A stretch of DNA of 63,796 nt, counting the filler, from Rhabdomonas costata (Eukaryota): assembly GCA_019059605.1 (NCBI GenBank). It is 19 parts of 19 records of this genome, joined end to end, with 100 filler letters (N's around TTAATTAATTAA, not from the genome) between each part and the next. Parts side by side here need not be neighbours in the genome. Positions count along the whole stretch, not along the records: positions 23,574 to 26,837 come from JAHMHO010001097.1; positions 26,938 to 30,204 come from JAHMHO010001098.1; positions 30,305 to 33,567 come from JAHMHO010001099.1; positions 33,668 to 36,928 come from JAHMHO010001100.1; positions 37,029 to 40,289 come from JAHMHO010001101.1; 14 more parts are not named here. The stretch is one strand, 5' to 3'. Numbering within the stretch: the first letter of the stretch is position 1; every line of letters starts with the position of its first letter. Of the stretch, positions 25,256 through 37,287 are shown piece after piece. The translations under genes were made by a program, and so were the position numbers. Below the pieces are notes generated by a model. The model was not told the DNA's origin, did no database searches, and was given only the letters and a program-made list of their open reading frames with translations.

Positions 25256-27233
25256 CTTAGAACAAAAAAAGGCCAAGTGCTCAGGTCCCCAACAGACCCC
25301 TCCCATGCAAAATCCCCCCCCCGGCAACCATCAACCACTGGCACAGCAGTTCAAACATGAAAGCACGAAGTACACAAAGGGAAAAAAATCCAAGCACATG
25401 GGAAACATATCCCACGACAAGGGACTCATCATCCGCTGCCGCTGAATGTCCGACTCACTGGGTTCTACACTTCAAGCGCCCCGCGTGCAAAATACAAATG
25501 CATCTCTCAGTTGTGGGGGATCGTGTGATGGAGTAAGGTAAGTGTGGCAACAAAAAGGGAAAGCAAAACGGCTGAGCTTGGGTACAAAAACGGGACAACT
25601 TTGCGGGGGGGGGGACCGAGCCGTTACTCTTTTCCTCTTTCTTGTCGATGTTATTTTAGGGCCCAGGGGCCTGGCAAACGTTTTAACTGCCATGCACTAA
25701 TTATAGCGAAATGAGGTTATCTGTATTCCTTTTCTCTGGTATATTTAGTCTGGAAGTGGTCAATAAAATATGTCCAATGTGTCCGTTTTGCAGCGTTGAC
25801 CGTAAAACGCTCCCCACTCCCCTCCACAAAAATTCAAAAGCCTCCAAAATGGCCGTTCCTCACACCTCCAAAGCTGTCGAGGGCTTCTTCTTCTGAGTGA
25901 GTTGAAAAACGCGCCAAGGTACATCAATGCAAGCAATGTCTGAAAGGGATCCACTCGCCAGCTATTGAAGACCAACTTGCCAGACCCGAAGTCATCCCAC
26001 TCAGCACCGGAGCCCAGATAAACGCTACCTCCTTAGGTTTTGCGATGGCTGCGGATCGAGCCTAATACTAGTTTTCCACACCAGCACAGACCCCAAAACT
26101 GCCAAAGGAACTTCTTCATTGAAAACGTCTGACATGAGCATATCGGTGCTCCCCATCGTCACCTCCTTCTCCTTGCTTCGCTTGCTAACCTACGAAAACG
26201 CACCCGGTAAACTCTGTGCATCCATTCGCCTCATAGCACCCCCAAACCTTCTGGCGCTTTGAGGGACTGGTCGTCTTTCCCGATGGCGGTGTCTGAGAGT
26301 GGAAGGAATAGAGTAGGCGAACTCACATTTCCGCAACGTACCGTCTCAAAAAGAATAATAACCTCTCCGCAAAAAAAAAAGAGGGATGGATGCACATTGC
26401 AGTTAGGAGATGACTCTCAGAATGTTACATGTTAAAGACCTTCCTCATAGCGCAGGCCAAACGGAAGAAATTCTCTGCCTCGTCAAGGCTCATCGGGATA
26501 GTAGGAACAAAAGAGATCCATGAGAAACATGAGAGATATTTGTCCTTCGTAGTGGGGGCACAAGTGGAGAGCGGGGGATCCATATGACGTTGATGCGCTT
26601 CGGTTGAGATGTTTAGGGAGAACGCATTGGTACGGATGGGAAGAAGGCAAAAGCAGAGTCAGCAAGAAAACGCGGGAGGGCAATGCTGAGGAGAGGAGGC
26701 ACCGGCGGCGGCGACTCAGCCTCAGCGCGGAGAGGTGGAGGGCGGAGGTGTTGGAGGTCGCTCTGTGGGGATGGGATCAAAGACGCTCTGTCTCCTCCCC
26801 TACTAGCCTCTTCTCTGGTTTTGCACTTGCAAAAAACNNNNNNNNNNNNNNNNNNNNNNNNNNNNNNNNNNNNNNNNNNNNTTAATTAATTAANNNNNNN
26901 NNNNNNNNNNNNNNNNNNNNNNNNNNNNNNNNNNNNNCTGAAAACGCCGATTTTTGGCCGAATTTAGGACCTTTTCGAGGCCTGCCTCGGTGGTACCATG
27001 TAAGGGTCGAAAATGGGGTGTCCGGGGTGAAAAAATCGACCCTCCGGAAATCGACCCAACATGACGTTTTTGAGGTCGGGGGTTCGGAAAAACGCGCTTT
27101 TATGCGGATTTGAGGGTTTTTTGAGGCCCTGGGGACGGATTTTTGGGGGCAAAAAGCCTTGAAAAGGGGGCTTTCTGGTGTCGAAAAGGGTTCCAATTTT
27201 AAAGATTCCCCTTACCTGTGCATCCACCCGTAG

Positions 27234-29845
27234 GGTGACCCACATCCCGTTCACCCTGCAGCCCACAGTTTACCCCCGGAAGCTCTTTCAGCAGGCCCTG
27301 GACCTTTGCCTGCCCTTCAACCGCCTCGTGGATAGTGTCAGCCGAGTATGGGAGTATGAGTGTGGTCACATTGGAATGGGAAAAGGTCCATGGCCGTGGC
27401 AGTGTTTCTTGCCGTTAGATCCTGTAGTGCTATCCAGCTATGCACCTGGCACCTTGATGTATTCTTGCCCTACTTTCATTGGATGGACCTCTCAAATGAC
27501 AAGAACTGAACCCATTGCCATGGCATCGCTGACACTGACCTGTGGTGTGGTGTGGTTGCCATTTGGGTTGGAGGATAGAGGAGTGTTTATGGCATCCACC
27601 GCTGACGTTGTGGCAACCTCTGGTGTGGGACAAATTCACTATTTGTCGGAATTTATCGGAAATTGAGACGAAGGCTTACCTAGCAAGGCACACCACAAAC
27701 GCACAGATCCGCGATGCGCGTGAGCGTGCCCTCTGGCGCTTAGGCGGTATCGGGATTTTCTCCGGAATCTGACAGTGCGCATTCAGGGTTTACAACCACT
27801 GCCACTGCTACTAGTCTGGTCACCCTTGAACCAAGGGTAGTCTTAACTTTCACCCAGGGTGAAATTGGAGTGGATCAGTTTCATTTCTCTGCTCGCACAC
27901 AGGACGTCTCGTTTCTGCACAAGATTCACGCCCACGTTATTGAGGTCGACGACTTCACTGCACGGCTGGTGCAGATCTCGCAGGCCGTGCACCGTGAGGG
28001 ACTGGCTCAGACCACCTTCCTGGGCATGCACCGCTCCGACTACATGCTGGACGAGCCCAAGGCGGGCGGAGGTGAACTCCAGCTTCGCCAGGCGTGCCTC
28101 CTTCATCACTCCAATACAGGCGAAATTAAGAGATAGAGAGAGGAGGGGAAGCGATTTTGGGGTAGATAAGTCTATCTTTTCCTCTGATGCCGTGTACTCA
28201 GAACTTGCGGAGGTGTACGTGCATGTTGGTTCTATGGGTGTTGATGCTATGCTGCAAGGGCTTCACTTCGATGATGATATGCTCGCACCGACGCAACGAA
28301 CTTGTGGTGTGGATTCTAGCAACAGTGGCACCAGGGGAACCTCCCCCCCCCCCCCGCCTCTAATCCTCTTGAAATTAGGTGGAGATCAATACGATTGCAG
28401 CCTCCTTTGGGGCACTGTCCTCCAAGGCGGTCGCCCTACACCGCTTTCTGGCTGAGCAGGACTCCCCCGGGGCGGAGGCCTCCATTCCGGAGTCTCACTC
28501 AGGTCCTCATTTGAGCAGCTGTTTTTTCTTGCATATCGCAAGATTTTTCTTGTTTTTGTGAATTCATGGAATCTTGGAGAAACGCTTGAGATGTGGTTTT
28601 CAGGGGTAATGCCAACGCTGCATTGGTAGGGCTCAACCCTCGACTGTCTGGGTCACTTAATGCCCAGGGGCTTGAGCTAGTTACTCAAAAAAAAAGTGTG
28701 AAGTCTCGATCTCTCATTGGGCTCTCACGGCGCTTTCTTTGTTTCAGAGGTCCATCTCGCATCTCTCCCTCTTCTTCTTGTTATTTTTCATGCCTCGCAC
28801 TTCGCTTTTCATTGTCGCTCTCTCACGGTCACAGTTTCAATTGTGAACATTTTGGTGGGATGTGTCTCTTGGCCCTGTCTCCAAGGTCGGCTGCAGCCCG
28901 CGGGACTTGCGAAGGCCTTCGTGGCGAACACCGTGGTCCCGGAGACCGTGAAGCGGACCCGCGGGGTGTTGCTGGTGGTTGTGCAGGCAGGCGAGCGCAA
29001 CATCGCCGACCAGAGGCTGCTGGAGCTCGAGCTGTGGGCCACACACCGCATCCCCACAGTGCGGATGTCTTTGACGGAGATCGAGCGGGGCACCACCCTG
29101 GACCCCACCACCCGTCACCTCCTCCTGCCTGGGGACAAAGTGGTTTGCCACCTGTTCCTTCATGTTCACTTTTTCGCTGCCTCTGTGTTTCTGGTGGTGG
29201 TGGTTGTGCCTATTTCTAAGATTATCTCGTTCAGCCATTTGGTCTGTGGTCTGTGGTTGAGCGCTTCCTTTGTCCTTATCCTGAGCTCCTGAGCTTGTTC
29301 AAGTTAGGGCCGTTCCCCCATGGTTTCATCACTTCACCTTTGTCTTTCCTTTTATTAGAATATGATGGATAGGATGCCAGATCTCATCGTGATAATTACG
29401 CAAAGGGCTTAGGTAATGCTTGCGCGTTCCCTCCACACATCGCCGTATGGATATAAATGGCCCAGTATTGCAGCCTTGGACATCGACACACGAGAGAGGG
29501 GGGTAGGGGTAGGAAAGAGCACATAGGCTCCCTCAAGACCATTCATGCGCGTTGTTTTTCATTGAATAGGGCTAGTTGCCTGAGAAGCGGTACAAAGGGA
29601 TTTGCCGGATTTGTTTTGTGGACCTTCGTGGTCTGTGTGTGTGTGGGGGGGGGGTTGTCCCTGCAGGCCGTCGTGGTGTACTACCGCGCGGGGTACACCC
29701 CGGTGGACTACCCCACCCCGCAGTGCTGGGAGGCCCGGCTAAGGGTCGAGCGCAGCGCAGCCATCAAGTGCCCCTGCGTGGACTACCACCTGGCAGGCAC
29801 AAAGCTGGTGCAGCAGGTGCTGTGTGACCCTGAGATTTTACGCAG
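27234..29845 (+). CDS. GSS: Eukaryotic-type glutathione synthetase, internal exons 27234-27345, 27903-28091, 28379-28502, 28886-29142, 29667-29845
   Basis: [83 protein letters not shown] are diagnostic motifs. Confidence 0.96.
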
Positions 29846-30304
29846 GTATCTGGTGTGGGGTTGCTGGTTTACTGTGTATCCATGTGTATTGAATTCCTTC
29901 ACATACTCGGAGATATAGATGCGGTATGTTGACTTTGGGGGCGTGAGCATTTTGTTTGCTTTGTGTTGTAATTAATCTGATGCTGAACAAGTCCACTTGT
30001 GCAGACATGTTTCTCATTTGCGCATGCGTTTGTGTATTTTTTAGCAGCCACCATAACCCTAAAAATCGTGCTGGGTGCAGCGGGGTGCAGGTGGGCGGAC
30101 GGTGTGCCAGCCTACATTTCTTTCTCTTATCAAAGCCCAAGCCCCATGTAAGACAGTGCCAAAACAAAAGGTGTGTAAAGGCAGGAAGGCCCCCCCCCAA
30201 CAAANNNNNNNNNNNNNNNNNNNNNNNNNNNNNNNNNNNNNNNNNNNNTTAATTAATTAANNNNNNNNNNNNNNNNNNNNNNNNNNNNNNNNNNNNNNNN
30301 NNNN

Positions 30305-30533
30305 ATGTCTCAATGGCGGTGCGCGGGGGCCCGAAAGGCGGCGGGGTGGGCGGCACGACGTTCGCGGCGGGCTGAGCAGTGGACACTGCAGGGATGGTAA
30401 TAACCAGAGGGGCAGGGGTGATGGACTGCTGACTCCTTCCAGTGTAAGTATAAAGATGGAGGCATAGTACCACAACCAATATCAGCACAGCAAAAGGAAA
30501 AACTCGGCGCGACAGAGCGTCCCAGTCAGACAT
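30305..30533 (-). CDS. N-terminus of a probable type II membrane protein (signal anchor plus Pro/Thr-rich stem), truncated by contig end
   Basis: MSDWDALSRR-VFPFAVLILVVVLCLHLY-...PAPLVITIPAVSTAQPAANVVPPTPPP; pyrimidine tract and AG directly before the ATG. Confidence 0.55.
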
Positions 30534-30689
30534 CTTGGGTTTCGTCCGAGGAAAGGGGGCTGAGCCTCTCCGCAGCCCAACAAAGCGAATACAAAGCAGA
30601 AAAGAAAGAAAAGACGCCCCTGTGGTACACGCAGGCCAATCAGGAGTTGTAGCGTGATGGGAAGGAGGGGTCCCATCTATTCAACTAGC

Positions 30690-31125
30690 CAGTTTCTTCG
30701 AACCATTCTTACACAGACACATTTCCGATGCCGCCTGCAAGTCTAGAAGAGGGTTAGTTTGGTTCCTGCCTTCTTAATGACATGCCAGGACGTATAGGCT
30801 AACCGAATGACGTCAGAAATTTGGGAAACTGAAAATGTTAGGGACCTTCTTAAAACTGATGTGGGGCTGGAAGACATATCTCTTCAAAATTGCTACCTTG
30901 CACAAATGTCCAGTGGCACCGGTGACGCCTCATGAGTTGTCGAAAAGTGCCACGTGCCTCCCAATCACCTAACTCGTCTACTTCCAACCAACCATTCTTA
31001 TCCACAAAATGCTTCCGCCTGCAAGTCGGGAAGGGTGCATACTCTGCCTCCTGCCTCGTGGATGTCATGCCTGGACGTATCCAGCACCCGAATCAATTCA
31101 CATTTCGGGGATGGAAATGAAAAAT
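30690..31125. repeat. Diverged direct duplication of ~135 bp (30690-30835 and 30985-31125) in an intergenic region
   Basis: Shared blocks aaccattctta, ccgcctgcaagtc, cctgcct, catgccNggacgtat and ccgaat at ~290-bp spacing. Confidence 0.75.
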
Positions 31126-31521
31126 AAGAACGAAAGTGGCTCATGTAAAATCCAAATCTCGTCACTCCAAACATGGGTGTTTCCTTTAAAACTGACAGAA
31201 AAACAAGTGTCCAAAGCAATCTTCATTACCATCAAAGGGAGTTCGGCGAAGACCGGCATCCCTTCCGATGCACAGCCGTCATTCCCATCCAAGAAATCAG
31301 AGAAAAGTTTCATCAAAGCTGTCATTAAGAAGCGGGTATTTTCCCCGAACTCCCCTCTTCCAACTTCCCGCGATGCCTTTGCAAACGTCCCATACCTGGG
31401 AGGCGAAGACCAAAAGAAAGGGATAGGGGGGGGGAGTGTTGCAGCAGAAAGTCGAGTCGCTCGTGAAGAACTTGGAAAGGCACCTCCCTCATTCCTGCGG
31501 GGACTCACCCGGAGGGCCTTC

Positions 31522-33272
31522 TTAGTTCTTCTTAGCACGCTTGGGCGGCGAGGAGGACGCGATCTTCTCCACCTTGTCCACACTCTCACGGAACTCGATC
31601 CCCATCTGGGCCAGCTCCTGCAGGATCGGCTTGTACAGCTCGGGAATGACAGGGGTCTGGATCCCTGTTATTTGGCATGCGTGGTACTAGCGAAAATATG
31701 AAGGGCTACTATGTTGCTGGCCTGTTCGGTACGACGGACGAATGCTCCTGTTACATTGGCATTTGGCATGTGTGTTGCCTGATGGAGGGACCTGCCAAAA
31801 CGACCTTTGCCTCCCCCCCCCCCATCTCGAAGGCAGGTTCCGTTTCTAAGGGGACCAAAAACACCGTTCGCTTCAGTTCCATCTACCGACCACCGACGCT
31901 GAAGGCAGTAGCAGTGAGTGCGCCTGAGCCTGTACAACTGTTTGGCTGGCTCCACTACGAGCTACTCAGAATGTTTCGCTACATGTCACTGCGGACAGGT
32001 CAGCGCTGGCCTCTCCTCCATTGATGTCACACAGCCGACACAGCCGGACAGCAGTGGTGGGTCTGAGGAGGAGCGTGGCAAACAACAGAGCAATCTCTGC
32101 TGCACAAAATGACCTAAGAACGACACATCTGTTGCCGGACGAGGCGTACCACCCACGCACAAACAACTGCGCACCTGGGGTGGTGAACTTCCCGCTCAGC
32201 ACCAGGTTGCATGCGATGGCCACGGGGATGGAGACCGTGGTGCTCATGCTGGTGGCACCGTTGGGCTTCCCGATGTCCACCATGGTGGAGCTCAAGTACT
32301 CGCGGCGGTCGGGGTACTCCACCACGAACTCGTGCTTCATCAGGAGCATGTCCTGTGGACAAGGGACCATTCCCAGTTGCCTCGCTCTTTCACAGGGACT
32401 ACAAGGCCACAAGGGGCTTTTGTCCCTTTCGTCTGTGTGCGTCAGGCAGGTTGACGCCAGTGCTTCTTCAGTTTTTCACAGCACTGTACCGGGATAGCTG
32501 AAGTTCTTCGTCGCTTTTGTACTTCTGGTGGATTTGGAAGCGGTTGGCAGTCATCAGCGTTCACAAAGTGGGAAACGAAGTGATCATATTGATGTGTGCA
32601 TAGGTGCACATGCTTTAATTCATTGAGCGCATCGTTGAGCGCATAGCGCGCCAGCTGATGTCTTGATCCTCTGGCTATCCCAAACGTTGGGCGCAGCGCA
32701 TATGTGATCGTGATGTACAAAGAAGTGCGACGCACATACTCGCGAAAAGCCCGTGCGCGTTCCCCCATGACCCCGAGCCCATGGTGGTCATGCTGTGCGT
32801 TTGCGTAGTTCCAAAGGGGAAAGAAGGAAAGAAACCTTCTCGCCAGGGGCATACTGCATCCGGGGCAGCATTGCCTGGGCGACCATGTCCAGGCGGGTGT
32901 TCACAGAGCTGGGGACGCGGTCTGAGCTGAACAGCCCGAGCCATTCCATATCTGCCGCGGGGGAGGAATGTCGGCGGTAGGGGTGTGGGTGGTTAGGCGG
33001 GAACAAAACGGAGGGGTTTTAAACAGACCCGCGGTCCCCCACAAGCTCTTTCACGGCTGTTCAGTGAGAAAAGCACAGTAGCAGAATTTTCGAGCGCACC
33101 CAAGACAGGGCTGCGCCCAGCTGGAACACACTGACAGCTTGACAGCTGCTGAAACCAAGTCGGTTGGTAACACAAGAATGCTCACCCAGAAGTCCGGAAC
33201 TGCAAGCACCCAGGGCGAACCTGTGATCGGCTTATCCGTAAGAGCCAGGCCCAGCTTCTTGGCCACCGCTTC
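31522..33272 (-). CDS. Saccharopine dehydrogenase (glutamate-forming, Lys9/AASS-SDH type), C-terminal exons 33272-33221, 32951-32836, 32352-32175, 31664-31522
   Basis: MEWLGLFS...LDMVAQAMLPRMQYAPGEK|DMLLMKHEFVVEY...SMSTTVSIPVAIACNLVLSG...G|IQTPVIPELYKPILQELAQMGIEF. Confidence 0.94.
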
Positions 33273-36200
33273 CTGAGAATGCCAGCACCCACCATAAGAT
33301 GGATCGAGCCCAAAGCAAAGCATTCGCCAGCTGAGCTGAAACGAACAACGGTGCCCGGCGACCAGGGAAGAACCCCGTCCAAACCTTTCGGTCCTTGCCC
33401 ATGAAAAGTCGGTTGCGGTAATTAGGAAATCACGATGATCACTGACTTTCTCTCGCCCTCAAGCTCTCAACCGAAGGTGGGTCAGGCCCACACGCCATCT
33501 CCCATGATAGGGTACGGTACTGTAGATCGAGACCTGCAAATGGTCTATAGCCGCTTTCCACAACACCNNNNNNNNNNNNNNNNNNNNNNNNNNNNNNNNN
33601 NNNNNNNNNNNTTAATTAATTAANNNNNNNNNNNNNNNNNNNNNNNNNNNNNNNNNNNNNNNNNNNNGGTTTTTTGTAATCTTCGCAGAGCTGCATCGCA
33701 CGGGGGGGTCGCGCGGTTCAGCGGCGCAAGCAAATGCGGGGATGTTTGTTTGCTACAGAGACAGGGAGACAGGGAGTGGCCCAATCTGGCCACTCTCTTT
33801 CGTTCTCAAGCTGATCGATATCGGCAGTACAGGCAGTACAGTAACACTCCCAAAAGGCTAAATGAGCGTAATCTAGAGGTGAGCACACCATCAAGTAGAG
33901 GTGAGCACCACATCAATTGTTGGACGCTTCAAAACGGCACTGCTGATGCCACCCCGCAACATTTTCCCGTATTGTCTGAGGGATTGTTGGCGTTACATCA
34001 CCCTTTTCGAGCTTTGGGAAACTTGCTTTTCGATGTAAGGAAGAAAGATTGAAAAGATGGACCCACAAGTTCAGTGTGCTTGAGCTCAAGATGAGTTCTT
34101 CGGGGGGCAGAAAGGGATCCTCCCCATGGCAACACGTTCAGCCGCTTTCGTCCTCCTTCCGCTTCCGCGCTATAGCCGAGCTTTATGCCCGTATCGCTGT
34201 ATCGCTCGAGAGCAAAGGTACCTGCAATATGTGTGACGCCTATATTATGTGTTTGTGTTCAGCTTGGCAGAAACAGTACCATCACCAAAACTTAAACACG
34301 CTCACATCTGGCTGCACGCGCAGAAAGCTATGGGTGCAGTGTATGTGCAGGTCATAACAGCAGCAACCGGTAGAAAGCACAGGAGGACAATAACAATAGC
34401 GCGGACCTGTCGCCTTTGGTAACGAGGGCCTTGATTCTTTGCACATCCTCAAACTTCAGCTTGTCGAGACCCGAGATCTGCGCACCAGCGGTCACAAAAG
34501 CTTTCGAGAGCACACACACATACACACACTGGGACTACAGCCGAAGCACAGGAAACCGTTGTGCGCTGGTCCTTGCACCCCAGGCCAGTCACTTCCATTT
34601 TTGGCGGCTCATGTATGTTGTACAAAGAGAGCACAACTAAAATGTCCCCCAACCACACCAGTCGGAGCACGCAGAAAGACGACAAACCTGCGAAAGTGAC
34701 TTCAGCTTTCCCGCGTTCTTCACCATCCAAATGTCCCCAAAAAACTCAAATTTATGCCTGAAGACACCAACAGATCAACCCAAACGCAAGCGCGCGGTTG
34801 ACAAATGTCTGGTGGCAGCGAAGAGCGAATGATGGAGGAGGTGGAATGTAAGGCAAAACCTGGCTGAAGTACTCACTACAAACTAGAGCACTCATTTGTG
34901 CGCAGGAACAGCTCACGTTTTCAGCTCGTGAGAGAAAGGGCCAGCCCATAGCGGCCTAACAGACCAACACCTCAGGAACAATGTTCATCGCTGCGGAGAT
35001 CGAAACGCTGGTGGTGTGTGCGCGCAGGGCACGGCACGACAGAGGGTCGGGACAGTGGACAGCAGAGTATGGCAGCATACCATTGAGGGTACATCCCGTC
35101 AAACTTCGGGCTCTGCATCATCACCCCGATCCTGAGGGAGCCCTCGGGGATCAGCTGCTTGGAGGAATTACAGGTCGACCTTTACAACCACAGGACACCA
35201 CAGGACGCGGGTGCAATTGCGTTCAAAACGGGGGTCATGTTTCTGCCTTTGATCTACGGCTAATAGGGGCCTCCAAAAGAAGCTGGTCAAGCAGGTATCG
35301 CCGTGGATCACAGGGTCACAGTGTTGAAGCAGAAAACACACAACTTCTCTAAGCAAAAGTAAAAGCAATAGTGAGTTTGGTCTTTCCGGTTTCTTGGACA
35401 TTCAATTGGTCATGGCCAGCATCCATACCCCCTCCCCCCCGCAAACAGCCGTACAGAGGTCCTCCAAATAATCTCACTTGCGATGGAACAAGGGCTGCTG
35501 CCCGTAAAACCACCAAATGCGGCAGGACGTGGGCGGGGAGCGGAGGAAACAGTCAATCGATTCAGGAAAAACTGCTTCAAAGACAGCAAAAAGGGGACCT
35601 GCTGGAGAGTGCATAGTCCACCTTGAACTGTTGCACCTCTTCCGTGACGTCGTTATCCGCCATTCAACGCAAAAGGCTTCTCAGTTGCAAAAATGTGTGG
35701 GAGAGGAAAATCCCTCGAGCGATGCTGTGCAGACAGCGGCACCAAAAATGCTGGACGCCTACGTGCAGAACACATTCTCGATAGTGCTTCGCAGCTGCAG
35801 CAGCTGCCATAGATTCGCATTTAATAGTGCTTAGAAAGCTCCATTCAGCGCTCTTTTGAAACCTACTTGTACAACGAACAGGCCATGTGTTCAAATATGC
35901 TTGATTCGCAAACCTGCAACTTGTGTGATCCACTAGCGTGACACATATGGAGCCGGACTCCCCCAAAGTGCCAGTCAACTTAACCAGAACTGCCATATCT
36001 ATTGAAGACAATCGCCGAGATGAGCTCTATGAACACACCTTTCGAAGACTCACGCTTGCCACGACTTTGATGGCAAATAATCATGGACCATTGCAAATTT
36101 GAATATAGGCTTAACAACTCTTTCCGCCCTTCCTTCTGATTGAATGAGGGGCGGGAGCATGACAAGACCACGCGACACGAAGCAACGTGCGTGCACGTTT

Positions 36201-37287
36201 GCGAAACACAAAAGCTGAAAACTTGGGCGTTGCCTCACCGGTGGTGCAGAGAGTCACTGCAATCCGACGCGGCAGACGACAACGTCACGTCCACACGCAC
36301 ATTTAGGGCGCCCCTCAAGCCGGGGACCCGCTGGTCCTCACTGCTGCTAGCTTCATCCCCATCATGCTAGCACCACCCACTCAGAACTCAGCGCAGGGCT
36401 TGAGCAACTCTAGTACTCAACGGTTTGTATGTGCGCTGTGAAAAAAAAAGGGAAGACGCAAAGGGAAGGGGTCGGTCGGAAACAAAAAGAGAGACAGCTC
36501 TCCGTATTTTTCTGAACGAGACAGACAGGTGGAAAAAATGGAACTCAAAATAGGCGCAGTTCGAAAAGACTGGAAGTGCACCAATGCAAGCAGGAAAAGC
36601 CGTTCCATCTCTTGTAAATATGTTGTGGTGCCGTTGTTTTTGTTTTTGTGCCGCTGCGAAAGGAAACTCCTGACCCCAAGGACCGTTCACGCAGCCTTCT
36701 GGGAAGCCAGTTGTACATACGAAAAACCCGAGGTCTGCTCCGCTTCACTGACTGAGAAAAAACGAATTTCGTTTCACAAAGTAAGCTTTTCTCTCCCTTT
36801 GAAAAAGAACGACTCTATCTTGGTCAGACATGGAGAGACCTGTCCTTTCCATCAACCGAATGGCACCCGTTCTTTAATCCGAGTGCACCACCACCACCAG
36901 CAAAAATATTCGCCCCCAACCACAAACCNNNNNNNNNNNNNNNNNNNNNNNNNNNNNNNNNNNNNNNNNNNNTTAATTAATTAANNNNNNNNNNNNNNNN
37001 NNNNNNNNNNNNNNNNNNNNNNNNNNNNTTTTGGGGGTGGGATCAGTATTAACTCGAGCCAAGATAATGGATAACGGTTGGCTGCGGACTGCATAGCAGC
37101 AACGTCTCATCATAGCAACAGTGTTCATGGACCCCTTCCGGAGCATTTCGGAGTGCTTTGAAGGGGGACTTGTGCGGAAAGAGGGAAGGAGGTCCCAATA
37201 GAGGCATAGGAGTGTACGGGACAAGGGACCATGAGGGCAGGGCAGTTTTTTCATTGCCCCCACACGCCCTGCGGTGCTTTTCAAAAG

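Noticed and set aside
33668-36928. Several 60-150 aa ORFs as a gene or transposase
   Set aside because: No recognisable motif and no consistent exon chain; left unannotated.
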